Assembly: GCF_009914755.1 (NCBI RefSeq)
Contig: NC_060931.1
Length of the DNA: 64,000 bases
Strand: one strand, 5' to 3'
DNA from: the human T2T-CHM13v2.0 reference genome, Homo sapiens
Shown here: positions 49,179 through 64,000 of the stretch, one piece after another
Position numbering within the stretch: the first letter of the stretch is position 1
Layout of the letters: each line of letters starts with the position of its first letter
Program-made: the position numbers and the translations under genes
Notes under the pieces: model-generated
Databases searched by the model: none
What the model saw: the letters and a program-made list of their open reading frames with translations, nothing else
Told to the model about the DNA's origin: nothing

Positions 49179-49554
49179 AATCTTCCACATTAGGAAAGTA
49201 GAAAAAAAAGAGCAAAATAAACCCAAAGCAAGCATTTTCTAAGTTAGCCTCATATCATTTGTAAAATTTTTGATTCCTCCTTTACAATGTTTCTACTTCA
49301 CCCCACCCCTGTTTTTATACTGCATTAGTTAGAATGCCCAGGGAAAGTTCAAAATTTATTAGTGGTAGCAAATATTCTTATCTTATTGCTGATTTTAATA
49401 AAAATGTCTCCAATGTGTCAGTCACTATGAAGGAAAATGTTAGATGCTCATTTGAAATGGATTATTTATTATGTTAAGCAATGCTTTTCTTCTACTATTA
49501 GTTCAAGAACGTTTTTGAAAATTAAAAATAGATATTGAGTTTGATTTTACTTAT

Positions 49555-49872
49555 ATATTATTTATTTAATTTATTATTTTTTTTGAGATAGGATCTCTCT
49601 CTGTCACCCAGGCTGGAGTGCAGTGATACAATCACAGCTCACTGCAGTCTTGGCTTCCTGGGCTCAAGTGATTTTTCCACGTTAGCCTCCTGAGTAACTG
49701 GGACTACAGGCATATACCACCATGCCTGGAGAATTTTTGGTTTTCATTTTTCGTAGAGATAGGGGTCTTGCTATGTTTCCCAGGCTGGCCTTGAACTCCT
49801 GGGCTCAAGTGATTCTTCCATCTGAGCCTCTCAAAATACTGGGATTAAAGGAGTGAGCCAGTGCACCTGACC
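49555..49872 (-). mobile_element. AluJ-type SINE
   Basis: Reverse-complement dimer with T-rich tail. Confidence 0.9.
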
Positions 49873-50625
49873 CTATTTTTTTTTTTTTAAGTGAAACACA
49901 GGTAAATGGAAAATAATTCTAACATTCTTCCTCTTTGAAAGATAAAATAATTTTTCCTGTCTTGGGAGAGGAGAAGGAGAAGGCAAAATGAGATGTGAAT
50001 AGGAACAGAAGAAGAACTGTTATATTTACAATAATAATTTTTAAAAAATCATTAGGACAAAATTTTGTACTTAAACCTGGTAAGTCTATTTGTTACTAAG
50101 AGGACATGTAGAATAATCCCAAAATGTACATTTTTCTTTAGAGAAGTTTCAATACCAAAAGAACAATTTATATGAAAATCTGTAGAGAAGGTAATTGAGA
50201 AGTCCATTCATAAAAATGATTGCAATATCATCAACCTAATTTACATATTCTTAACACTTCAAAACGTAATAAGCAATACTAGCCATCATCGCAATTTATT
50301 TCTTTTTTAACTATCTTTAGAGTGGATAAAGTCAGGCTTGTTTCAGAAATAACCACAAAAGAAAAAAAAGTTAGAAAATTCATAGTGCAAGGAAAATGCC
50401 AACAGTTGGTATGAATGCTTGCTCCAGACCATGCGTAACTAACTGCATGTCCTTTCCTAGAACATTGCTGTCTACAATACAGAAGGTTATGCTGGATGTG
50501 AGAGGTTTGCCATGGAGTGCTGAATCAAGTGCACCCATTGCACTGCCCCTCATGAGAGCCTGACAATTGGCTGCAGCTGCTCTGCCCAGGATGCCATTTG
50601 GTTGAGACCTCCAGGAGGACTGTGG

Positions 50626-50999
50626 TGTGTCTCAGTTTGTTTGGGCTGTCAGAACAAAACACCACAGACTGGGGGGCTTAACCAACAGATGTTTACTTCT
50701 AACAGTTCTGGAGGATGGATCCCAGATCAAGGTGTGGGCAGATTCGATTCCTGGGGAGGGCTCTCTTTCTGGCTTGCAGACAGCCGCCTTCTCGCTGTGT
50801 CCACATGGTGGAGAGAGCAAGCTCTGGTGTCTTTTCCTTTTCTCATAGGAATGCTAACCCATAAATATTCCATCCTCATGTCCTCATTTACAGCTGGTCA
50901 CCTCTCAAAGGTCCCATCTCCCAATGCCATCACAGTGGGAACTGGAGCTTCAATGTATGGATTTTGAAGGAGAGGAACACAAATATTCATCCAATGACA
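50626..50999 (-). mobile_element. MLT1A0-like MaLR solo LTR
   Basis: Contains tgtctcagtttgtttgggctg...cacagactggggggcttaa...ggcttgcagacagccgccttctcgctgtgt...cacaaatattc. Confidence 0.88.
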
Positions 51000-51322
51000 C
51001 AACGCATGCCCAGAATAAGGGTGTGCAAGGGATGCAGGGTGTGGCTGACGCCAGTTCAGCCTCCATGGCTGGCACTGGCCAAGTCCCTGACACTGGAGGA
51101 GTCTGGACCTCCACTCCAGATACCCTGAGTTCTTCAAAGCTGCCTGCCTTGTGTGGGGTGCCATCTTCAGCATGCCTGCAGTGCCTCTTTTAAAGCTAAG
51201 ACGTCTTATGTGGGGCTGCTATGTGTCTCGTGAGATGTTTTGTCAAATCTAGACCTGGGCCTAGCCTATTTTGAGTCAATGCTCATGCATTATTTGTCTT
51301 ATGGCAATTCTTGATATGCAGA

Positions 51323-51733
51323 TGTATGAGTTTGCTAGGGCTGCCATAGCAAATTTCCACAGACTTAGTGGCTTAGAACAACAGAAATTAACTCTCTCAC
51401 AAATCTGGAGGCCAAAGTCTGGAATCAAGGTCTGGGCAGGACAGTGCTTTCTCCAGAGGCTCTAGGGGAGGATCTTTCTTGCCTCTTTCAGCTTCTGATG
51501 GCTCCAAGTGTTTCTTGGCTTGTGGCTGCATCGCTCCAACCTCTGCCTCTGTCGTCACATGGTCTCCTCCTCCCTGTGTGCCTGAGTCCAAATTTCCCAC
51601 CTCTTATAAGGACACCAGTCCTTATACTGGTCCTTAACTAATTATGTCTGCAAAGACTTGATTTCCAAATTAGTTCATGTTCTGAGGTACTGAGTGGACA
51701 TAAATTTTGGGGAGACACTGTCCAACCCCTGTA
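51323..51733 (-). mobile_element. MLT1C-like MaLR solo LTR
   Basis: Contains tgtatgagtttgctagggctgcc...gtggctgcatcgctccaacctctgcctctgtcgtcacatgg...cttataaggacaccagtc. Confidence 0.88.
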
Positions 51734-52059
51734 ATAGGTAAGAAATATTAGTCAATACTTCACCTTTTCTTAGAAATTTGATCTTAGATTCCTTAACCCA
51801 TTTAACTAAGGTAAAATGAGTGTAGCAAGGTAATGAAAGGCAGGTTGTTGCATTTATCTGTCAATTATTATAGTGTGTTTTTCTCTTCTCCCTTCTGAAT
51901 AATTTTCTTCTTTTTATAACTCCATCTCTTTTTCCTATTCCAGCTACCCTGGGATGCACTGCAATATTTCCAAGGCCTGAGCTTCCTCTGCAATGGCCTC
52001 TTCTCCTGACTTGTAGCCTCTGAGTGATATTCTAGAGAAGAGGCCAGCAGGGTGGATAA

Positions 52060-52520
52060 CAGGCACTCTCCATGGGGAGGGAGCTGTGGGAAGAGGCATC
52101 TGAACAGTGGATTGCCCATAAGGCCCATGCTTAGGAATGGCATCAGTGATGGATGAAGTTAGAGAGCGGACCAGGGAGCTGGGTTTTGCTCACAGGTCTA
52201 GGCAGTTGGAGTCCCTGGACTTTTCTGGGAAGAAGCCTAATCAGAGCTTTGAGCTGCAGTTCAGGATACCTGGTACGAAGCAGCAGGGAGGGAGGGGAGA
52301 AACTCAAAGCAGGGCTGGGTGTTTGGGGGTCATTTGCTTAGTCCAGATGAGAGTTGATGAGTGTGCAAGGTGAGACCATGACACCAGAGCAAGAGGCAGG
52401 ATGGTGGGTGGTAGCGTGTCCAGGAAGTGTAACCCAATAGGATTTGGTTAGGATTTGTGGAGAAAGGGAGATGAAGGTGCATCCGCAGCATGGAAACATG
52501 GTCTGATAGCTCAGGGGGGT
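52060..52520 (-). mobile_element. L2 fragment
   Basis: Degenerate L2-like run (gagtccctggacttttctgggaag...gtccagatgagagttgatg...ggatttggttaggatttgtgg). Confidence 0.55.
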
Positions 52521-52629
52521 AGTGGCAGGAGTGGGACAAGTAGCAGGAGACACCAGGGGAGCATATAGAGCCACAGTGTGAGGTTAAACCTGGTTCTCTT
52601 CTCACCCACTGCATGACCTTAGCCCCAGC

Positions 52630-52912
52630 CATCTGCTTGCCAGAGGCAGTGGTGGTCCCATGCTATGCCACATCCAGTGACTGACTGATACAGGGATGAC
52701 AACCTGTTCCCTCAGCCCAAGTGACACACCTCCATGGGGACATGTGGATTTTAGCTTCCTGTGGGGCCCTGGTGCCCTGGGGGTGTTGCATGGGTCCCTT
52801 GCTCCCTCCTGCTTGCCTTTCTTCTCCCCAGGTTATCTCCCCCCTGCCAAAAGCAACTGGCACATGAGTCCCCATCTCAGAAGCAGCTTCAGGGGCCACC
52901 CAACCTGCACCA
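52630..52912 (+). mobile_element. LTR16-like ERVL LTR fragment
   Basis: Ends gcacatgagtccccatctcagaagcagcttcaggggccacccaacc, typical of an ERVL LTR 3' end. Confidence 0.5.
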
Positions 52913-54430
52913 GCACCTGGTAGTGATAACATTCCCTGGAATGTTGTGAGGAGAAACTGAGCTAGCGTTTGCAGGATACTGAGAACCCCTGGCAGGTGTA
53001 ACTCACCATGGACATCATTTTCTAGGCAGAGCTCTGGAGTAGGCAGATGAACATTTAGTGTGAGGCCACAGAAGGAGGTCTAGGAAAGAGGTAGTGACTC
53101 CCCTCCTTATGAGTGGAGATGGGGTACGGAGAATGATTGCTTTATCTCCCAGGTGGCCAAGAACAGAAGCCACTGATTTTCTTTGTTTGCTGTAGATTTG
53201 CAAAGCAAGGCAAGGGTAAGCAGGCAACCATGTTAGAGCCCGAGGAGAGTGCAGGGGGAGGCCAGAATTAGACTGCAGGTGGTCACAGAGCGGAGGCCAG
53301 CGGGAAGTAAGTGCCAAATACAACATGGGGATGTTAAAAAATACACACTTAATTGCTACAGAAAGTGCTGCGAGAATCAGAACTATATTTGGATTGGAAT
53401 GACTTATTGGCAAAATATTGCAGCAGATGTGGGAAGGAGGCTTAATTGGAGGAGTCTGCCTGCTCAGTTCCCAGAGGTTCTGAGTCTGATGCAATTTAAT
53501 TTTTGCAAAATATAACATCTTTTAAAAGGTTGAAAGCGACAATATAAGCCATTTATAGTTGTTAGAGCAGCATTTTTCTTCTTAAGATAATTTGAAATAA
53601 TCTCTAATGACTGGAAAAGAAAAGTGGTTTCTGGGAGAGGGGCGAAGGCAAAAGAATGACTAGAAATGACGTGCTCCATGTTATTATTTAATTTACCCTT
53701 CACACTGAAACCCCTGAAAATTAAATAATTTTGCTTTCCCTTTCAAAATGAATTAGACATCACAGAGATCCAGTGAAGAAAATTGAGTCTATCATTTCTA
53801 ATGAGAAGAAAACATTGCACTAGAGAGCCATAAAACTCTCCAAGCACATTTGCATGCATCTTTACAGGATATGGCAGTAAAGAGTGGGTTGTCTGCCCTG
53901 CCCCAATTCTTTAAGAATTGCCTCATCATCCTGAAAGATGGACCCCCAGAGATTTTGCTTCCTGACCCCAATCCCAGCTGCAGTTGGTTGGATAACTTGG
54001 AGGGGTGGCACCTGACCAAAAGTACAATCTCATTGTTTCTGCTGGGAGTAGAGAAAGAGACAGGGAGTCTACAGCAGCCAGACAGTGATACTGCAGTAAA
54101 CCTAAAAGAAATATAAACTCTTGGCTGAGTGGTCTTCTTTAGACCTTTCATAAACCCTGAGAAGCAGAGAAAAATATGGGTTGCAGAAAGAAAAGAGCGA
54201 AACACATGTGCAAAGGGAAAAAGGACTGAGAGATGGAAATGAGGAAGAAGGTCCCTTGGGCTCTGGCTGCCTCTTCTTGCTGGTTACAGTCCATCCCCAG
54301 TGCGTTGCTGAGTGTCTCCTCCTGAGTTCCTTGAGAAACCCCACTCTCTCTATAACTTCTGCCCTCAACACTTTTGCTCCTAAGCCTGTTTAAATTGGAT
54401 TCTATAACTTAGAACTTTCCAAAAAAATTC

Positions 54431-54772
<342 letters not shown>

Positions 54773-55249
54773 TAGACCTTAAGAGAGGTAGAGAGACCTA
54801 TGAATTCCTCCTGGACAGCCTGACAAGCTCTCAGCCTCTACCACAAGGTGGTAAAGTAAGGACTCAGGCCACTTTGACAGCAAAATGCGCTGGTTTCTTC
54901 CTGCAGCCTTCAGTAAAGCATAATGGAGAAGACACCAACCAGCTCAAGGGCAAAGCTGCTCAATTGAAGGAAGTCAGAGGAAGCAGAGCCATCAAACAAG
55001 GTCTGCCAATGTCTAGATCTAAGAATGTTCCCTGATAAAGTTTCAAACTCCCTGCTCACCCTTTCCTGCAGATGAAGCTCCAGCAGGCACCTGGAAATGG
55101 GTGATCCTGGTGACTAGAAGGGTCACACACTGGAATACCTGGAGATGCTAAGGGGCTCCCAACTTCTAAGCCACTGCAAAGCACCTCCCATTGCTGACCC
55201 TGCCTCAGAGTTGGCTTCCTGGGGACCCAATCTGCAACAGTGATTTGAG

Positions 55250-55428
55250 GTCAGAGGCCTTCCCAGTATACCACAGAACGGCCTGGAGGGCCTGTTAAAA
55301 AACAGATTGCTGGGCCCACCCTTAGACTTCCTGTTCCTGTTGGTCTGGGGTGTGGCCCAGGATCTGCATATCTAACAAGTTCCTAGATGTTGCTGATGCG
55401 GGGAACCACATTTGAGATTCATTGGTCT
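55250..55428. mobile_element. MER5A-like hAT-Charlie MITE
   Basis: Contains cctggagggcctgttaaaaaacagattgctgggcccaccc...ggtctggggtgtggcccagga...tctaacaagttcc...accacatttgag. Confidence 0.8.
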
Positions 55429-55679
55429 AGACAAATATCGTGAAGCTTTTGATTCAAAAATAGCAATACAAATGATTAGCACAGAAATACTGTATAGGAG
55501 CATGGGAACATTCTAGAAGGGAAGAGATAAAAAAGCCGTTCCTCTGCCCTATTTGTGGACTGAGATCAAGACCTAGAAGAGAGAAAAATGGCTCCAGGTG
55601 GGTAGGAAGAATGACCTGCCCCTCAGGGAAGGTCCAGTCCTGGCAGTTAAGAAATTAACAAAACAAGACAAGAATTTTT

Positions 55680-59720
<4,041 letters not shown>

Positions 59721-59721
59721 A

Positions 59722-59993
59722 CACTTTGGGAGGCCGAGGCGGGCGGATCACGAGGTCAGGAGATCGAGACCATCCTGGCTAACACGGTGAAACCCCGTCT
59801 CCACTAAAAATACAAAAAAAAAATTAGCCGGGCGAGGTGGCGGGTGCCTATAATCCCAGCTACTTAGGAAGCTGAGGCATGAGAATCTCTTGAACCCAGG
59901 AGGTGGAGGCTGCAGTGAGCCAAGATCGCAGCCATTCCACTGCAGCCTGGGTGACAGAGCAAGACTTCAAAAAAAAAAAAAAAAAAAAAAAAA
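59722..59993 (+). mobile_element. Chimeric Alu: young AluY 5' part joined to an older, diverged right arm
   Basis: About 10 intact CpGs in 59722-59845 versus 1 in the remainder; no TSD. Confidence 0.85.
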
Positions 59994-60199
59994 AGAGAGA
60001 GAGAGAGGGCACAGAGCAATGACTGTAGGGCTTTGTCTGTGGATGTGACCTTGGACTGATTCTCATTATGGAAAGGTGGACTCAATCACAGTTAGAGGTA
60101 AGGTAGTTAGGTTAGGTATGAGTGTTCACAAGTGCAGTCAGGGTGTGGACTGTAATGTACAGTTAGTTATAGGCTATTAGCTTAGAAACTTCCTCACAT

Positions 60200-60391
60200 T
60201 GAATTGGGGTGGGCCCCCAGGTGCCATCCGTGCCCCAGGTGGCTCCTTTCTGCACCTTGGCTCCTCGTTTGCTCTTGGTTTCTATGAGATATCCTTGAAA
60301 CTGATAATGAAATCCTTTACCCTTTTGTTTTTTACTCAACTTAATTTGAGTTGCTTCTTGTAACTTACAACCAGAAGATCTCAACTGAAAC
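60200..60391 (+). mobile_element. Old MLT1 (J/K-like) LTR 3' fragment
   Basis: Ends tttgagttgcttcttgtaacttacaaccagaagatctcaactgaaaca. Confidence 0.55.
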
Positions 60392-60711
60392 AGATTTACT
60401 TTTCATGGCAACCTAGTGATGTAGGAAGGCCAAGTACCAGCCTCAGTGAGCTGCCAAAACTCGCACAGCTTCTAAGAGGCAGATCAGATATTGACTTAAA
60501 CTCCATCTTTAGCCTACCACTCTTGTTTTATAATACTAAGGTTAGAGGGCATTTGTATTGCTATGGGAGGCAAGCATGCATCCCTCCTTCCTTACTAAGA
60601 TAATAATAGAGAAGAGAGACAAGCTAAGGCACCAAATCCTGCTTTAGAAAGGATTATTAGATGCCTAGGTTATCTCCATTATATTCATGGTAGTCCATAA
60701 TTGTCATTTAA

Positions 60712-60721
60712 GTGTGTGTGT

Positions 60722-60777
<56 letters not shown>

Positions 60778-60794
60778 TTGAGAGAGAGAGAGAG
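60712..60794. repeat. (GT)n-(GA)n compound microsatellite
   Basis: Read directly. Confidence 0.97.
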
Positions 60795-61089
60795 AATGTC
60801 ACTTTTTCCCTCTGGCTGCCTATTAATGATTCCAGTCTACATGAAATACTATTTTCTCACCTACTCAATAAATGCTACTAAAGTGAATTTATTATTGATT
60901 AGACCAATTTTTAGCTTTCAACTCTCCCAGATGCCCAAAGTCTCCCACCCCAGTAGACCCACAGACTCCAACAGTTCAATGGGGATCTCACCAACCCCAG
61001 AACAAGGCTCAGGTACCTACTGGCTAAGAAGCTCATCATGCAAAGCCATGCTAGCTCACATGGGTATGGTCTGTTCACACTTACAACCT

Positions 61090-61200
61090 TGCTAGATTGG
61101 CAGCTCCCTGAGGCCAGGAACTGAGTCTCATTTACCTTTGCATCCCAAAAGCTAACATAGGAGAAATCAGAAAATGGGGAATGAATGAATTGATTAATGA
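61090..61200 (+). mobile_element. L2 3' end
   Basis: ctagattggcagctccctgaggccagga...aatgaatgaattgattaatgaa. Confidence 0.7.
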
Positions 61201-61453
61201 AGTAACCAATTGATGGTCAGAAGCCTGTTTCCAAAGGAGAAAGAAGTGTTATCAGTGAGAGGAACTAGAATCCAGAATGTCTCATAACACATTATTAAAC
61301 TAATGGCTTTATAAGAATTTACAGTTAAAATTTTATATGTATTAATTCAGTGAAAAATCTACTCTGTTAAGAAGTATCATTTCCCTGTTCTACAGCTTGG
61401 GAGTATAGTAGCAAAGAGATTAACTGAGAATTCAAAGAGAATTCAAAAAAGTA

Positions 61454-61510
61454 ACTGCACTCCAGACTGGGCAACAGACGAAGACTCTGTCTCAAAAAAA
61501 AAAAAAAAAA
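61454..61510 (+). mobile_element. Severely 5'-truncated Alu (3' ~40 bp plus tail) within a MIR remnant
   Basis: actgcactccagactgggcaacag...gtctc followed by poly-A; flanked by aaa(a/g)agtaactg. Confidence 0.85.
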
Positions 61511-63184
61511 AGAGTAACTGCTGACTCCCAAAGGCTATGGTATTTCTACCATGTTCTATTTAATCATATACTTCTGTTTTTTTTCCCCTAGCAAAATATT
61601 CACATTCACTTCCACATAAAATGCCCCTTTTCAGTGGAAAAACTCCTACTCATTCTTCAAAACCCAAATTGAATGTCACCTTTTCAGGGAAGCCAGACTC
61701 AGTCTTAAACTTTTTGCAAACTTCTGCTTAGCTATATCTCATAAAGACAGGCAACCCATCTTTCACCATCTTTAAGCTCCAAGCTTCTTCAGTTCTGAGT
61801 CATGATGGATGCCGGCAGTCACTATTTTTTGTATTAAATAGAATGAGCCCATATATAGCTGATTATGAACATGAATATGGCCTGCTGGGACTAGATGCTG
61901 GGACTAGAACCCCAAATGCAATATTAGGCTCTGCTTCTGGTGAAGGTGAAGAGGTGACACCATGCTTGGCCCTGTGGGGCAGCCATAGCAGGGGCCTTGC
62001 CATCAGGTACTTTCTACAGGGGCACTACCAATGGGAACATTTCCGCAAAATGGGAATTTGCTCTACCCTCAAAAAAGAGGGTAGGGTAGAAAAGAGAAGG
62101 AGTGTGCCTAAGAGAGAGAGAGGACTTGGGGCAGGAGAAAAACCACAGAGGCTTCCTCTCGCTCTCACTGCTGCTCCTTGAGCTCCGGCTGTCCCAGGCC
62201 AACACTGGAAAGTTTGCCAGGTAGAAGACAAGTCACCTTGTTCTGTTTGACTCTTTAAGGCAAAATTAGCTCCAGGGGTGGAGGTGAGAATGGGGGGCAT
62301 GCAGAAGGTGGGGCTCTGTTTTGGGTAAGGAAAATTTTGTTCAGGGCGAATCTCCTGACCACAATGGACCAAGGCCTGGTGGCTTCAGGGTCAGGGGCTA
62401 TCAGCTACAGGAGCTGCTGGGTCAGCATGACAGGTAACTTTCAGGGGACTACAAGGGCTCATACAGACACAGGAAAAGCTTCAAGGAACATTGCTGGTCT
62501 TCTCCAATTCATTCAGTAAAACCTTAGACATCTTTTCATAGGGAATTTAGGGCCAGCTTTAAGGACAAAGTCCCTTTATCATTGTTCCCGAGTCTATTTT
62601 ATGCATCTGGCTAAGTCAGGGCCATGTTTTATAGCTTAAATGTTTTTCCTTTTAAGTAAGAATTCTAATTCTGTATTATATTTATGAATTGCTTACAAAG
62701 CCCTACCTCAATGAGGCGAGATTTTGTGACCCCATTTTCAGCGGAGGCTCCCAAGGCCTAAATTACAGCCCCAGTCAGGGTCTTGGAGCTAAGAATGTCA
62801 GAATAGGGCTGGAGCTGGGCTTCCAAATGCAACGATCAGAATTTCCATCTGTAGTTACAGCCTCGAGCTTCAGACGAAGATCAACACTGCAGTTAGTGGA
62901 TCATTTATTCAAAGCAGCAATCCTTAGACTCCAAATGACTTCTGCCTGATTCTCTGGTCCAGCTAGGGGTATGGGAGCTTGCAGAGCCAACACAGTCACA
63001 CGTCATTTGACTGTCCAGTGGAAAGATGGGTGAGGCCAAGCACACACATTGTTTCATTCTTATCTACAGTTTACAAGATTCAAAGCAAAAAAAATTAGCT
63101 CACTCAACCATCTTATATGAATAATGGAATTAATATAGGGGAGTCTTTTATGGTTACTTCTTGCTGACAATGCATCAGGCACTG

Positions 63185-63380
63185 AGTGCAATGAGACTTC
63201 TTGAAAGCTTAAAAGAAAGGAAAAACTCAGACACCTCCCCTCAAGTGCAGGACCAACTGCAGAGTGGACTCTTTCTGGATATTGTAGTCAGACAGGGTGC
63301 ATCTATCTTCCAGCTGTGTCCCAGCAAAGATCAACCTCTTCTGGTCAAGAGGGATGCCTTCCTTGTCTTGGATCTTTGCC
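63185..63380 (-). pseudogene. Processed fragment of the polyubiquitin-C (UBC) mRNA: last ubiquitin unit residues 28-76, terminal Val, stop and proximal 3' UTR
   Basis: 63379->63230 translates to [50 protein letters not shown], with TGA at 63229-63227. The following ...cttttaagctttcaagaagtctcattgcact resembles the UBC 3' UTR as I recall it. Confidence 0.92.
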
Positions 63381-63652
63381 TAGAGGGATGGTAGAGAGCA
63401 GTTCTTATTCTTAGAGAAGTCACAGCCTCATGGGAAATGAAGATATTTAAATGGAGGATGCTCCACCATAGTTAACAGTTTAATAGAAAGATGTAACAGA
63501 ATATTAACAACTATTATCTATTGAGCAGTGACCATTTGCTAGTGCTGTTCTAAGTAACCATTTGCTGGTGCTGTTCTAGTGTAGGAAAACATCATTCCTC
63601 ATAAAGATCCTTTGAGGTAGGCTATTATGACCCCATTTTACAGATGTAGCAG

Positions 63653-63982
63653 TGCTATGGTTTAAATGTGTCCCCCCAAAAGCCAGTGTTGAAAACTTAA
63701 TCCTCATTGCAGCAGTGTTGGGAGACGGGGCCCAGTGGGAAGTGTTTTGGTCATGGGGAGTCCACTGATTATAAAAGGGCTTGAGGCTGTTTCATCTCTT
63801 GCTTTCTGTTGCTATATGATGCTTTCTGCTATGTTATAACACAGCAAGAAGGCCCTTATTATATGCTGCCCCTCAAACTTGGACTTCCCAGACTCCAGAA
63901 CTATAAGAAATAAACCTCTGTTCTTTCTAAGTAAACCCAGTCTGTGGTATTCTGTTACAGCAGCACAAAATGGACTAAGACA
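63653..63982 (+). mobile_element. MSTD/MSTC-like MaLR solo LTR, inserted in a MIR
   Basis: Runs from tgctatggtttaaatgtgtcccc...gaaaacttaatcc...cacagcaagaaggccc to ...aaaatggactaagaca. Confidence 0.88.
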
Positions 63983-64000
63983 AGAAGTCAAGGCTCAGAA

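Noticed and set aside
53015-54393. ORFs of 88-167 aa on both strands
   Set aside because: No recognisable domains or coding-like composition; lengths are compatible with chance.
63230-63379. Functional ubiquitin-like gene
   Set aside because: Residues 1-27 and a start codon are missing, and key residues such as K48 and R72 are substituted. Called a pseudogene fragment.
63530-63580. ~26-bp tandem duplication (accatttgct.gtgctgttcta)
   Set aside because: Ordinary local slippage duplication within a MIR remnant.

Overview
Primate, very probably human, genomic DNA with no intact protein-coding gene, RNA gene or CRISPR array that I can support. Most of the window is interspersed repeat: old L1M-class LINEs, one full-length L1PA8-like LINE, about 20 Alus, many solo LTRs (ERV1/MER4 group, MaLR, ERVL), MIR/L2/L3 and DNA-transposon relics. 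Subfamily names come from my recollection of consensus sequences and need RepeatMasker/Dfam confirmation. The most notable items are: (1) a nearly complete, frameshifted hAT (Blackjack/hAT5-like) transposase fossil on the minus strand, whose BED finger is split by an ~8.1-kb nested stack (MER39-like > MER4 > L1PA with a 3' transduction > Alu); (2) a ~105-bp inverted repeat of about 90% identity enclosing a 17-bp pyrimidine minisatellite whose unit contains a PU-box/ETS motif; (3) a UBC-derived ubiquitin retro-fragment lacking a poly(A) tail and TSD; (4) a young/old chimeric Alu suggesting a recent deletion or conversion; (5) a candidate CRE/YY1 promoter and first exon on the minus strand near 12.3-12.6 kb.
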